DNA of 64,000 nucleotides from a virus. Position numbers and translations under genes: made by a program. The notes beneath the pieces are model-generated. The model had not been told where the DNA came from and made no database searches. It saw only the letters and a program-made list of their open reading frames with translations. Of the stretch, positions 1 to 10,907 are shown piece after piece. Numbering within the stretch: the first letter of the stretch is position 1; each line of letters opens with the position of its first letter. The stretch lies in IMG/VR virus record IMGVR_UViG_3300046314_000711; one strand, 5' to 3'.

Positions 1-621
1 AGTCATAAGGGTATATATTTCTGACCAATTAAAATTCTGAATTTCATCTGCGATGATAATAGAATCATCCAGTGAAATTCCTCGCAGTGCCATTGTTGAT
101 AGAAACCGTGCGTGTCCAGCTTCTTTCAATCTATCCCAAGCATCTGCACGTTTGAATAGCATCTGGCAAATCTCTTTATACGGAAGCTCAAATACCTCCA
201 TCTTTTCTTCCAAGCTACCAGGTAAAAATCCAACATCTCGTCCACTTTGTACTGAACTTCGAACCACTACTACCCGTTCAAAAGAGTTATCTTTGCGGAG
301 TACCTCTTCAATTGCTTTATACATTGGCATAGTTGTTTTTCCGGTTCCTGCAGATCCAAAACACCCTATGAAGTAATCTCCCCTATTATACATTTCGACG
401 AATTTTGCTTGGTTGTCAGTTAGAGGTGTCAGTGTAGTTAAATGATCTAATTTAAGTCTCAGAGCATTGCTAACTACAGGTTGATGCCGATTTCTCCGCT
501 CTTCATTTTCTACCTGCTCTACTCGTCGTTCAAAACCAGATGGTCGAGTATCACTGTGCTCAACTGGGGCAATTTCATGTAAGAGAGCTGAGTGTTTTTG
601 TCGTTTATTGCTTGATGCCAT
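1..621 (-). CDS. phoH: PhoH-family ATPase (runs off window edge; absent from ORF track)
   Basis: Manual translation from ATG at 621: GSAGTGKT Walker A, RDVGFLPG, LRGISLDDSIIIADEIQN. Confidence 0.92.
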   Translation of the reverse strand, partial: MASSNKRQKHSALLHEIAPVEHSDTRPSGFERRVEQVENEERRNRHQPVVSNALRLKLDHLTTLTPLTDNQAKFVEMYNRGDYFIGCFGSAGTGKTTMPMYKAIEEVLRKDNSFERVVVVRSSVQSGRDVGFLPGSLEEKMEVFELPYKEICQMLFKRADAWDRLKEAGHARFLSTMALRGISLDDSIIIADEIQNFNWSEIYTLMT

Positions 622-676
622 GTGCGCGTTTCCAAATTTTGATTAAACAGTCTCTTTTATTATTCGACTGTTGCGT

Positions 677-1132
677 TTATGCTGAGGGTTTACTGAGATT
701 TGGTTGAGGTGGTGGTAGAGTTGGTGGAGCCTCCTGTTGCTGCTGCGCCTGTTGTGTAGGCTTCTGCTGTGTATTCTTATCAATATCTATGGCAAGTTGC
801 TTGACGGTGATCGCCAACTCTCGCTTTGTGGTATCCGATCGAGTAGTCCAGTGGATGAGATTTTGCTCATTTTTTGCAAGCATAGATGGGGAACGTGTAC
901 CAAACTTTGCCACACGGTCTGCAGTTTCTTTTGAGGTTAGGTTCGATTTAATTTTCTCGAAATCACCAGGTTGTAGTTTCAGAACGTCATGATATTTTGG
1001 ATTAGCGAGAATCTGCAACCCAGTGATAATCGCAGCAATGCGTTTGAGTTGTTTTTCTTTGAGTTCTTCAATCCCACCTGACGTCATTGCATTGAGTAGT
1101 CTCGATAGGTATTGAGATGCGTTACTTGCCAT
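677..1132 (-). CDS. hypothetical protein, Q/P-rich tail
   Basis: 151 aa ORF; TATAAATA late promoter upstream on minus strand. Confidence 0.6.
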   Translation of the reverse strand: MASNASQYLSRLLNAMTSGGIEELKEKQLKRIAAIITGLQILANPKYHDVLKLQPGDFEKIKSNLTSKETADRVAKFGTRSPSMLAKNEQNLIHWTTRSDTTKRELAITVKQLAIDIDKNTQQKPTQQAQQQQEAPPTLPPPQPNLSKPSA

Positions 1133-1168
1133 AGTGCCACGGAGTATTTGCAGTATTTATAAACAAAG

Positions 1169-1193
1169 AAAGAGGAGCATTGTGCTCCTCTTG
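1169..1193 (-). terminator. intrinsic terminator after hsp20
   Basis: aagaggagca-t-tgtgctcctctt hairpin followed by a U-rich tract on minus strand. Confidence 0.6.
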
Positions 1194-1196
1194 TGA

Positions 1197-1664
1197 TTAT
1201 GCTGTTAGCAGTTTATCGTGTAGCGATTTGGATGTGAGTTTTCCAATCGGTACTACCTTTGGTTTTTTAGCCTCCGGTACAATTCGACTCACACCAATCG
1301 TTAACATTCCGTTTTCGAATGCTGCACCTACGACCTCCATATCCGCTTCAAGTTGCCAACGCCGCTCGAAGGCGCGTTGGCTGATGCCGCGATGGATGTA
1401 CTGCAAATCCTTTGCATCTGTATCATCAGTCTGCTTTGCAGTTTTTACAATTAGTTGCAAGTCCTCGGTTGAAATTTCCACATCGTCTTGTGAATACCCA
1501 GCAAGAGCGAGTTGAATAACCCAGTTATCGTCCTTACGGATGATGTTTACAGGTGGGTAGTTACCGACAAAACGTCGCACTTCTGTTGAGCGTGCGTGTT
1601 CGATTTGATTTGCAATACGTTGGAAGTCGAGCAGAAATAGCCCAGCGATATCATTAGTAGTCAT
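1197..1664 (-). CDS. small heat-shock protein Hsp20/IbpA family
   Basis: NYPPVNI, LALAGYS, YIHRGISQRAFERRW, AAFENGMLTI alpha-crystallin motifs. Confidence 0.93.
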   Translation of the reverse strand: MTTNDIAGLFLLDFQRIANQIEHARSTEVRRFVGNYPPVNIIRKDDNWVIQLALAGYSQDDVEISTEDLQLIVKTAKQTDDTDAKDLQYIHRGISQRAFERRWQLEADMEVVGAAFENGMLTIGVSRIVPEAKKPKVVPIGKLTSKSLHDKLLTA

Positions 1665-1797
1665 TATTTTCTCCTATAGTAGCAAGTTTTGACTTTGTAC
1701 GGACCCAAATAGGCATCCATACCTGTATATATTAGTACTCATCGAAGGGTGGCGTAAACTTTTCACTAAATACTTAACAATTGCACTGTACACACTG

Positions 1798-4671
1798 ATG
1801 ACATCGCAAACATTTTTTGACGCTCCTGGTGGCATTCGCCGCGAGGGTAATGAACAAACACTCACCTTCACTCGCACTTCCCCAACGACTGGTACAGTAT
1901 GTTGGACACCAGTCCCTCCGACTGGTCCGAGTTGTGGTACCCCAACTGGGCACTACGCTGGTGGTGTACTTGTTGGAAGTACGTCTCCGATCAGTCAGGG
2001 TGAAAAGCCTGCCAACGGCACATGCTGTTACACTGGCGATCCAACGTTATCAGCACAGTTGTTCGCAGGTGATATGCTAGGCAACGCGAAAGTATTGTGG
2101 AGTAGCAACACAGACACGAAGACTGGTTGTATTGACGTCACAGGGCTGGACGGTAATTGTGCTGCATACTACTTTGCATTTTTTGCGATCGACAACACTT
2201 GCCAATATAATCAAGACGGCATTTACAGTTACTCTCAACCGTTGTCTACGTCTGTTATCCAATGTACGCAAGGCAGTCAATGTTTGTTTTCAAACGGTGC
2301 TCGTCCAACAGACCCGCTTGCACTGCAGACTCCAGGTGGTACTACTGATCCTGCTACTCAAACTTTCCCTATCCAAATCAACATTGATGGTGTAACAACA
2401 TCGTTGGTGCTACGTGGATCACAACTTACAACATATCAATCGCTTGTTGATGAACTCAATACAGCTTGGCAGCGTGCTGGGTCAACGCCGATCGAATCTG
2501 CTAATCCACCACACTATGGTGAGTTCGTTACCGTTGGTGGATCGTGGTATCAATTTGATGGCACCACATCTCGTCAAATCTTTCCGTTGGTGCGAGCAAT
2601 AGATCCGCATGCGCCTACTGTAAATGATATCTGGGTCAATCGCGCGACTGGTGAATTGGTTGTGTGGAATGGTTCAATGTGGGTTATACCTTCATCCCCT
2701 GTCATTCATTTTCCTCAAGATCCTACAATTGTAGGCTGCGATCAATTGTGGTATGATGGCAACACAGCACGTCGGTTCGATGGAGTTACTTGGATTGATC
2801 AACTTACACACACGTCCGTCAATGACCCAGCAGCAACCCCTGCACTAACCTGCAATACATTTTGGCATCACGGTAACGTATTCAGTCGCTGGAATGATAA
2901 AGCACTTGCTTGGACTCAAGTGTCAGTATTATCATTCCCAACTGACCCATTGTTGGTACCTAATGGTACGATGTTATTCAATCCGATGACATTAACATTG
3001 CAGCTGTGGAACGGGTTAATTTGGGTTAGTCAGCAGTTTGTGAATAGCACTACTACCCCCGTATCTCCTGTAGCAAATACGTTGTGGTTTAATCCGAGTG
3101 TGAATCTGTTATCTAAGTTTAATGGATTGACGTCTACTTGGGGTAACATTCAAGTCTCTATCGCTACTAAGCCAATCAATAATATATCTGTTGGTGAACT
3201 GTGGTTTAACACTACTACTTCGACCCTGCATGAGTACTCATCAAGTGGTTGGATTGATGTTACAGCAACGACACACACCTCTAGTATTGATCCCTCACTA
3301 CCTGTTGTCATACCTCAGGGAGCGCTATGGAAGACAACATCACAGTGGTTTGTTCGCAGTGGCTCTATTTGGAGTGGGGTCGATGTTATTGAAAGTTCAA
3401 CTGATCCTCGTACATTGTCGTCGGGGTTTTGGTTTAACCCAATTACTGCTACGTGGTATCAACGTAATGGAGCATCTTGGAGCGTTGTGACTCCAACGTT
3501 TACGACCGCATATGATCCGGTAACTCCGCAACTAGGTGCAACATGGTTTAATGGCACTAGTTTATTCCAACAAACTACTCCGACAGCTTGGACGATGGTT
3601 CCATTCAGTACCACGCTAGTAGTTACGGCAACCGGCCAGCGGTGGTTGAATACTACGTCTGGTTCGATGTTTGTGTGGTCTGGTACTACTTGGATGGAAC
3701 AGCATCCTCCGTACATAGCTGCGTTCAATGCGAATAATGATATTGTAGTTACATCTGCAGTGTGCGGTGAACCATCATATATTGAGTTTACTGATGCTCC
3801 GATATTATTCTCATTACTGCGATTTACAGCCGCTCGTCCAACACCTGGGTTGGATGGTAAATCAGGTACACCAATGTATGCGGAACTAGGCGTTGGTACA
3901 GACGGTAGTGTTGATGAGCGCAGAATGATCATTGATAATTTATACACTCGTTTGGGGCATCCTGTTATCAATGTTGAATTAACTCGTGCGCAGATGGATC
4001 TTGCAGTACAAAAGGGCCTCGATTACATTCGTCGCGACTCAGGTGCAGGATACAATCGTGGATACTTCTTCTTGGATCTCAATGCAGGTCAACAGCACTA
4101 CACACTAACTAGCAAGACGGTTGGGTACAACAAGATTGTTGATGTGTTGTTCGTATATCGCCCCCGTGGAGGATTCTTAAATTCAACATTCGGCGGAGAA
4201 ATATACGGCCAACAGATGCTGCAACAATTATATGTCTCGGGTACATTCGACATCTTGACATATCACTTGCTTGCAAGCTATCAAAGTGTTGTTTCGAAGT
4301 TATTCGCATCGGATTTCCAATATGACTGGTCCGAACGCACTCGTGTGTTAGCTATTAAACGCAAAATTGGACGCGGTGAGCGTGTGTTGATAGATGCAGT
4401 TATTGAGCGCACAGAACAGGACTTGCTGACTGATCGCATAACAAAAAACTGGGTCGAGAACTGGGCACTATCAGAAGCTAAAATGATGCTAGCTGAAATG
4501 CGTGGCAAATATCAAAGTCTGCCGGGTGCTGGGGGTGCAATTTCGATGAATGGTGCTGAACTAAAAGGTGATGCACAAACGATGCAAGATAAGTTGAGAC
4601 AAGAGATTTACGATTTTGTCGCATCTGATGTTGAAACTTGGGGCATTGGTGCAAGCATCACTAGGGGATAA
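1798..4671 (+). CDS. neck protein, T4 gp13-like C-terminal domain with long Trp-rich N-terminal extension
   Basis: C-terminal RLGHPVINVELTRAQMDLAV...RGKYQSLPGAGG matches gp13 pattern; synteny with gp14/gp15/gp18; TAAATA at 1767. Confidence 0.8.
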   Translation: MTSQTFFDAPGGIRREGNEQTLTFTRTSPTTGTVCWTPVPPTGPSCGTPTGHYAGGVLVGSTSPISQGEKPANGTCCYTGDPTLSAQLFAGDMLGNAKVLWSSNTDTKTGCIDVTGLDGNCAAYYFAFFAIDNTCQYNQDGIYSYSQPLSTSVIQCTQGSQCLFSNGARPTDPLALQTPGGTTDPATQTFPIQINIDGVTTSLVLRGSQLTTYQSLVDELNTAWQRAGSTPIESANPPHYGEFVTVGGSWYQFDGTTSRQIFPLVRAIDPHAPTVNDIWVNRATGELVVWNGSMWVIPSSPVIHFPQDPTIVGCDQLWYDGNTARRFDGVTWIDQLTHTSVNDPAATPALTCNTFWHHGNVFSRWNDKALAWTQVSVLSFPTDPLLVPNGTMLFNPMTLTLQLWNGLIWVSQQFVNSTTTPVSPVANTLWFNPSVNLLSKFNGLTSTWGNIQVSIATKPINNISVGELWFNTTTSTLHEYSSSGWIDVTATTHTSSIDPSLPVVIPQGALWKTTSQWFVRSGSIWSGVDVIESSTDPRTLSSGFWFNPITATWYQRNGASWSVVTPTFTTAYDPVTPQLGATWFNGTSLFQQTTPTAWTMVPFSTTLVVTATGQRWLNTTSGSMFVWSGTTWMEQHPPYIAAFNANNDIVVTSAVCGEPSYIEFTDAPILFSLLRFTAARPTPGLDGKSGTPMYAELGVGTDGSVDERRMIIDNLYTRLGHPVINVELTRAQMDLAVQKGLDYIRRDSGAGYNRGYFFLDLNAGQQHYTLTSKTVGYNKIVDVLFVYRPRGGFLNSTFGGEIYGQQMLQQLYVSGTFDILTYHLLASYQSVVSKLFASDFQYDWSERTRVLAIKRKIGRGERVLIDAVIERTEQDLLTDRITKNWVENWALSEAKMMLAEMRGKYQSLPGAGGAISMNGAELKGDAQTMQDKLRQEIYDFVASDVETWGIGASITRG

Positions 4672-4673
4672 AA

Positions 4674-6443
4674 ATGAGTATCTTTCTTGATCCATCCATT
4701 GTTCCAACTGCTGCTCCTGCACCGGAACAGCGTCAATTATTCCCAAACACTCCAAAGTTCGTTGAACGCAATGCTTGCCCACCTAGCGATGGTTGTGAGA
4801 CAGGTGACTGTGCTCTGTTACCACACATAGGTGCGGATGTACTGCCTATCCAAGGTCCTGGTTGTATCATTATTCAACCTAATGGAGATGTTTGTTCAAT
4901 CCCTACCTCTCCGAAGACGTCTACAGCTAGTCAATTGACTAATCAGCACACTGATAATAATTACATGAATTCGGTTGCATTGCAACAACTGAACATGGGC
5001 GGAGCGAACGCTTGTGTGTATAAATTGCTCGGTGTTCACCAGCAAGGTACACTAATTGATGCCGCAGGCTTCGGAACAGCGATTGCAAGCGACTTTGTCC
5101 CAGATTTCCCTCCAAGCAACGCATTTGATCGATTTGCATCCCATTGGGTAAGTGACGCGTTGGGTACCAAACTCAAAGATTCGTGGATTGGTTACGATTT
5201 TGGAATGGTTAAACGTGTAAACGGTCTTCAACAGTATTCAAATGAAGCCAATGCTGAGGCTCGTAAACACATCACAAGCATTGCTATCAAGCAAAGTGGT
5301 ACTGTACAAAATATGGTCAATCGTGCGCGCGTGGAGCGCAGCGATGATGGCATTCGTTGGTTCGGTGTTGATGTTGTTAATATTCCTCAAAATACCGAAC
5401 GCAACATTATTGCTGTCAAGCAGAGCGTTGCATCTAGGATGTGGAGATTGAGGCCAGTGGAGGTTAATACCGATCGATGGATTGTGGAAACACTTGAACT
5501 GTTTGAATTCGTCCAAACGGATATTGTCAACATACAGGATAGTCCACTATTCCAAGAAGATCGAGACCGTTCATACTGTATTAATCCAGTAAAAATGAAG
5601 ATATATTATGACTTGATTGATATCAATACTGAACTCGCAAGATTTGGTATCGACTTGCCGTCAGCAACGCTTACGATGACTACACATTTTGGTGAAACTG
5701 TGCGATTACTCGGACGTGGGTTTATCATAGGGGATGTGATTGAGATCCCAAGTGAATTGCAATTTACTCCTGATATGAAAATAGTCCGTAAGTATGTTGA
5801 GATTACGGATGTTAGTTGGTCCACACGTGGTTATACACCTGGTTGGATGCCGTTATTCCAGCGGATTACCACCCGTCCAATGCTCGCAGCTCAGGAAACG
5901 ATGGATATTGTTGGATCACTCGAACCAAATATCGGTGCTATGGGCGACGGCTTTAACTCGCTTGATACAGTATTTTCAACAGGTCCGTTCCAAGCTAATG
6001 AGCAAATCCAAATTGCAGCTGATATGATGACCCCTCAGCTCGGCATTGATGAGCAAGTCGTTGCTAATATAGACGAAGTTCCAGCTCAACACCAACAAGT
6101 AGCAGCTGACCACGGCATTAACATTGCAAAACTAACCTCTAATTATGGTACTCCCAAGAATACGCGCACTGCAATGCCCCCTGCTGGTACTAAACCTGAG
6201 ATGTTCTCGACGAGTGATGATTCCGTTGGCTTCCCACTCAATCCAAAAAATAACCAATATCACCGCGTCACATACGAAAGTCACACTCTGGAACAAATAC
6301 CACCCCGCCTATACCGATACAGTAAAGCGAAGAATCGCTGGGTATATTTGGAAACTGATGAACGCTGGGCACAGCAAGCTAATAAAACACGATTAAAATC
6401 GTACATCGTCGATACTGACAGTACCCCAATAGAGGACTTATAA
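4674..6443 (+). CDS. neck/head-closure protein, T4 gp14-like, with discoidin-like insert
   Basis: LFQEDRDRSY, ARFGIDL, GDVIEIP; position between gp13-like and gp15-like genes; SNAFD...WIGYDFG...SDDGIRW...WRL resembles F5/8 type C. Confidence 0.65.
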   Translation: MSIFLDPSIVPTAAPAPEQRQLFPNTPKFVERNACPPSDGCETGDCALLPHIGADVLPIQGPGCIIIQPNGDVCSIPTSPKTSTASQLTNQHTDNNYMNSVALQQLNMGGANACVYKLLGVHQQGTLIDAAGFGTAIASDFVPDFPPSNAFDRFASHWVSDALGTKLKDSWIGYDFGMVKRVNGLQQYSNEANAEARKHITSIAIKQSGTVQNMVNRARVERSDDGIRWFGVDVVNIPQNTERNIIAVKQSVASRMWRLRPVEVNTDRWIVETLELFEFVQTDIVNIQDSPLFQEDRDRSYCINPVKMKIYYDLIDINTELARFGIDLPSATLTMTTHFGETVRLLGRGFIIGDVIEIPSELQFTPDMKIVRKYVEITDVSWSTRGYTPGWMPLFQRITTRPMLAAQETMDIVGSLEPNIGAMGDGFNSLDTVFSTGPFQANEQIQIAADMMTPQLGIDEQVVANIDEVPAQHQQVAADHGINIAKLTSNYGTPKNTRTAMPPAGTKPEMFSTSDDSVGFPLNPKNNQYHRVTYESHTLEQIPPRLYRYSKAKNRWVYLETDERWAQQANKTRLKSYIVDTDSTPIEDL

Positions 6444-7207
6444 TGAGATCGCAACCATATTTTTATACACACCAAATAGAACGCTATTTAATTCAATTCA
6501 CAAACATCTTTACGGGATTTACTGTGAGAGTTGGGCAAGGCGATCGTGAGCAATCAATTTCTGTTCCAGCAATGTATGGTAGCATTGATAAAGTAGTTGC
6601 ATCTGTGCAAGCTGGTAACACACAGAATAAACCTGTTCGGTTGCCGGTAATATCGACGTTTATGACGGGGATTGAGCTAGCACCAGATTTATACAAAGGT
6701 GTTGGTGGAGAAGAACGATCCACATACCTACCAAGCGGTGGGTTATTGCCGGATGATATTAGAGTTGTTCATCGGTACATGCCGATTCCGTACCGCGTAT
6801 CAACAGACGTGTATGTATTTGTTAGTAATCAACAGCAACAACTAGAATTACTCGAGCAATTGTTAATCTTATTTGACCCAACATTGCTAATCCAGACGAG
6901 TGATAGTAAGTGGGATTGGACAAAACTATCGTACGTCGAACTCAAAGGCGTTGCACTTGAAGAAACAATTCCAGCGGGTGGAGAACCTCGTAATATTTTT
7001 GCTCGTCTATCATTCTCGTTTCCGATTTGGTTAACACCACCAGCAAAACAAAAAACAGACTTTGTTGAGAAAATCTTCATACGAGTGGGTGCATCAGATG
7101 ATATGAATCCTGATGCTATTGTTGATTTCTTTGACGGAATGCCGCTTGGTTATATCAAAGCAGTTGATGCAACTGAACTATTCACCCCACCTCCACCGGT
7201 ATTGTGA
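6443..7207 (+). CDS. tail terminator/sheath stabiliser, T4 gp15-like
   Basis: YFYTHQIERYLIQFTNIF, RLPVIS, PIPYR, LLEQLLILFDP. Confidence 0.85.
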   Translation: MRSQPYFYTHQIERYLIQFTNIFTGFTVRVGQGDREQSISVPAMYGSIDKVVASVQAGNTQNKPVRLPVISTFMTGIELAPDLYKGVGGEERSTYLPSGGLLPDDIRVVHRYMPIPYRVSTDVYVFVSNQQQQLELLEQLLILFDPTLLIQTSDSKWDWTKLSYVELKGVALEETIPAGGEPRNIFARLSFSFPIWLTPPAKQKTDFVEKIFIRVGASDDMNPDAIVDFFDGMPLGYIKAVDATELFTPPPPVL

Positions 7208-7878
7208 ATACATCGTCGTGAGCAGTAGTTGTTGTATTTGTGTCTGTAGTGGTTAAACGTGACAAATCCAGTACAATGCTTGCATCCAACTGGCTCGTCT
7301 ATGTTGTTAAGTAAGCAGTAGATTTGCTCGCGTACCCCACCATCGCACCAATCATATTGATCTCGAAACTGTGCCCACACGTCTCTACGAATCTGCGCAA
7401 ATAACTCCCAGTGTGCATTAAGCACGATGCGCCCATTTTTATTAATTAAAATTTGCGCTTGTACTAACAATTCTAGTATGGACTTGTCACGAAACGATGG
7501 ATCGGCGAGATTTCGGATTAGTACACGATCAGCCGCTGCAATTAATCGTTCGATCTTTTGTCGATTGTGTAACTTTCGTCTGTGTTTATTTAACTCATAC
7601 CCTTCTCGCCCAGTCCCTGATTCTGGCATTAGATTAGCCCACTCATCTGACAAATCCACTTGCCATATTTCACTGTAATGTAGTCCCCATGTACGAATGC
7701 TAGCATAGTCATCACACTCTTTGAGTACTTCGGTAGTAAAATCATAACCGTGTTTTTTTAAGTGTCGTATCCAATATTTCCCACTACCTGGATGCCGATG
7801 TGGATTGGGATTTTTGGTGCTTCCGAGATATTTCAATCCAGTTTTATTGTGGGTTTTTACGTATAGATATATTTTCAT
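7150..7878 (-). mobile_element. free-standing GIY-YIG (Seg-like) homing endonuclease
   Basis: IYLYVKTHNKTGLKYLG...GSGKYW N-terminus; C-terminal CxxC...YCSxxC; inverted insertion between gp15 and gp18, overlapping the gp15 3' end. Confidence 0.8.
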
Positions 7879-7977
7879 TGCAATTGATATGATTGATCTT
7901 GTATTTAGTCAGTGAAAGCGGCTGTCACTACCCCGTATTAATCATAAGTACGGTAGTACACACATGAGGTTCCTCTT

Positions 7978-10092
7978 ATGGCATCATTAGTCTCTCCTGG
8001 CGTAACTACGCAATTAATTGACGACTCACTATTCATTCCAAGCATTGCAGACACTGTGCCGTTATTCTTCATTGCTTCTCAACAAAGCAAGAAACAAACA
8101 AACGGCATTACAACTGCACTTGGCACAATCGAGAGTAATGTTGTCCGTACGATCACTTCGTTAAAACAGAGTCTTGCTACATATGGCGTTCCATCATTCT
8201 TAACATCATCTAATGGTGGTGCAATGCACGGCGATGCTCGCAATGAAGTTGGTTTGTTTACACTAAACCGCTTTCTCGGCTTGGGCAGCTTGGCATATGT
8301 TGTTCGTGCAGATGTTAATTTACGAGATGAGTATACTGATGTAGCAGCTTCGTGGACGACAAAGACTACTGCCGCAGCTGCTGAATTGCGTGCGCTCGTA
8401 GCTGCGTATATTGGTGCATACAACATGCAAAATGGTTACACGTCGACCAACCCGCTGTTTAAAACTACAGTTACGGATGTTGAGTTGAGTACATTTATCC
8501 ATCAAGTGATGGCTCCAATCTTTTCTGAGACCACATTTAGAAAAACTGAATACAATTTCTACGATAATAACTTATCGCCTATACTAACTGCTTCTGGTAG
8601 TCAAACTGTATCGTCTGACGTTGGCATTAGTGCAGCTGATGCAACAGGATTGGCTAACGATGCGACAGTGTATTCCGTTGTCATTGTAGTAGATGGTGTT
8701 TCCAAGAATGTTAGTATTATTGGTTCCAATGCACAGACTGTGTCTGATCTAGTTAGTCAAATTAATGCTGCATTGGCACCTGTAGCATCTATTGCGATTG
8801 TTGGTGGTGACTTGGTTGTTACATCAGCATCTGTTGGTAATAGTTCATCTATCCTAATTATCGACAACAATTTATTTTCATCTATTACTGGTTATACATC
8901 ATTGTATCTACCAGTTCCGGGTACAGCCGTAGATTCTCCTCTCAGTGTATTTGCAAATGGGTTTAACCAACCACCAACAGGTCAATTCTTAGGTGTCGAA
9001 GGTGTTTTGTATAACTGGAAATTAAACAATCTTGGCACTAACCCAACTCCATCTCAATGGACCCCAACGGAAGCATCTGACACTCTGTTGATTGCATCAG
9101 AGGATTTTAAATCTACTGTTGAGTTTGCAAATGATACTAGCCTTGGTGCTACTGATGCTGAAAAACGCCAAACAATCGTTACAGCACTACAAGCTGTCAT
9201 TAACAGTAACACGGAAATCCGTTCAGAGTTGTATGAATATAACCTAATTGTCTGCCCAGGCTTTGCAGAGGTTGTTGATGATATGTTAACGCTGTGTGAA
9301 GATGTTGGTGAAGAAGCGTTTGTTATTGGTGACGTACCTTACCAATTGGATCCTGAAGCAGCAGCCAATTGGGCCGTTGCACCAGCATCTGCATCTTCCA
9401 GCCGCCGTGTAAATCGCAACGTTGCTTACTACTACCCACACGCTATCGCATCTAATGTTGATGGTAATGACGTGTTCGTACCTGCATCTGCGATCGCTTT
9501 GCGTACGTACACATACAGTGATCAGAATAGTGAAGTTTGGTTCGCTCCAGCGGGCGCCCGCCGTGGCACTGTTACAGGTATTAGTCGAATCGGCTACATT
9601 ACTGGCACATTAGGTCAACCAACTACTTTTGTAGACGTTGCACTGAATAAAGGACAGCGTGATGCGTTGTATCAATATTTTAGCAACATTAATCCGATCG
9701 CTAACTTACCAGGGCGCGGCATTGTTGTACTTGGTCAAAAAACTTCCCAAAGCTACGCATCTGCACTTGATCGTGTTAATGTGGCTCGGTTGGTTGCGTA
9801 TATCCGCCGCCAGTCGCGTAAGCTTGGTTTTGGATTCTTGTTCGAACCGAATGATACGATCACTCGTGCAAGTATCAAATCAGCGATCGATGGTATGTTG
9901 CAGAATGTTATGGCGTCTCGCGGTCTCGTTGACTATGTGACGGTTTGTGATACATCTAACAACACCCCAGCTCGTGTTGGTGCGAACGAACTATACGTAG
10001 ACATCGCTATCCGCCCAGTTGTGGCAGCTGAATTTATCATTATTCCAATCACTGTTAAGTCGCAAGGTGCAAGCTTGACAACAGGATCGTAA
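7978..10092 (+). CDS. contractile tail sheath protein (gp18-like)
   Basis: SPGV start, WFAPAGARRG, RDALY...INPI, GQKT...SALDRVNVARL, FEPND, NNTP, AEFIII. Confidence 0.96.
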   Translation: MASLVSPGVTTQLIDDSLFIPSIADTVPLFFIASQQSKKQTNGITTALGTIESNVVRTITSLKQSLATYGVPSFLTSSNGGAMHGDARNEVGLFTLNRFLGLGSLAYVVRADVNLRDEYTDVAASWTTKTTAAAAELRALVAAYIGAYNMQNGYTSTNPLFKTTVTDVELSTFIHQVMAPIFSETTFRKTEYNFYDNNLSPILTASGSQTVSSDVGISAADATGLANDATVYSVVIVVDGVSKNVSIIGSNAQTVSDLVSQINAALAPVASIAIVGGDLVVTSASVGNSSSILIIDNNLFSSITGYTSLYLPVPGTAVDSPLSVFANGFNQPPTGQFLGVEGVLYNWKLNNLGTNPTPSQWTPTEASDTLLIASEDFKSTVEFANDTSLGATDAEKRQTIVTALQAVINSNTEIRSELYEYNLIVCPGFAEVVDDMLTLCEDVGEEAFVIGDVPYQLDPEAAANWAVAPASASSSRRVNRNVAYYYPHAIASNVDGNDVFVPASAIALRTYTYSDQNSEVWFAPAGARRGTVTGISRIGYITGTLGQPTTFVDVALNKGQRDALYQYFSNINPIANLPGRGIVVLGQKTSQSYASALDRVNVARLVAYIRRQSRKLGFGFLFEPNDTITRASIKSAIDGMLQNVMASRGLVDYVTVCDTSNNTPARVGANELYVDIAIRPVVAAEFIIIPITVKSQGASLTTGS

Positions 10093-10113
10093 TCAAATAA
10101 GTCTGGACCCAAT

Positions 10114-10137
10114 AGAGGGCTTCGGCCCTCTTTTTTC
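10114..10137 (+). terminator. intrinsic terminator
   Basis: agagggc-ttcg-gccctct followed by T tract. Confidence 0.85.
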
Positions 10138-10261
10138 GTTCTATATACTTGCACGTGCTTACTGACATCCAAGTGAGTATTAGATACAAACTACATGTTG
10201 CACACAAATGTGTTTTATTGCAGTATTAATTAGCTCTCATTACTTTTAAAGGAAAAACAAA

Positions 10262-10519
10262 ATGGCAAAGAAAGACACCAAAGCAGTTGAAGTTGCAGCA
10301 GCTGAACCTACCATCACTGTAGATGGAGAACAGTTCACAATTAGTGCATTGACTCCACAGATTCAAAATGCAATTGGATTGCTGAACAAGTGGAATGCTG
10401 ACAAAGCAGAAGCTGAGCAAAAAGTTGTACAATTGCAGTACGCAGTAAATGCACTGTCAGTTGAACTTGCAAAAGCAATCAAACCCCCTGCTGAAGAAGC
10501 TGCACCTGCTGCTCAATAA
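10262..10519 (+). CDS. small coiled-coil hypothetical protein
   Basis: AAGGA RBS; terminator aaagtctcc-tacg-ggggacttt downstream. Confidence 0.75.
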   Translation: MAKKDTKAVEVAAAEPTITVDGEQFTISALTPQIQNAIGLLNKWNADKAEAEQKVVQLQYAVNALSVELAKAIKPPAEEAAPAAQ

Positions 10520-10566
10520 TTAGCATTTAAACTATTCTGAAAAGTCTCCTACGGGGGACTTTTTTG

Positions 10567-10595
10567 TTGACCTTTTGCGTAACAATTGGTATAAT
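10567..10595 (+). promoter_or_regulatory. sigma70-type early promoter
   Basis: TTGACC-17-TATAAT. Confidence 0.75.
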
Positions 10596-10623
10596 ACCTT
10601 ATTGTTAATCAAGTGGGTTTGAT

Positions 10624-10878
10624 ATGTCTGCTGGATACCTTGGTGGAGATGCTGGGACTGAACATTCGATGGTGGTTGCGGAGAATGCACTACACGCAGT
10701 TCGACGAGTTATGTATAGTTCCACAATATCTGCTACTGAATGTGTTGATTGTGGTGATACCATCCCGGAAGCTCGTCGTAAAGCTATGCCAGGTGTATAT
10801 CAATGCATTCAATGCCGTTCTCTGTTCGAAAAATTTACTCCCAAGCAAAAAATCAAGATGCTTGATAGAATACTATAA
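10624..10878 (+). CDS. DksA/TraR C4 zinc-finger protein
   Basis: CVDCGDTIPEARRKAMPGVYQCIQC. Confidence 0.9.
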   Translation: MSAGYLGGDAGTEHSMVVAENALHAVRRVMYSSTISATECVDCGDTIPEARRKAMPGVYQCIQCRSLFEKFTPKQKIKMLDRIL

Positions 10879-10907
10879 ATACTTCTGCAACAGAAATACT
10901 TTTAAAA

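Noticed and set aside
53-376. Plus-strand 107-aa ORF
   Set aside because: Antisense shadow of phoH; most short overlapping ORFs in the track are likewise shadows
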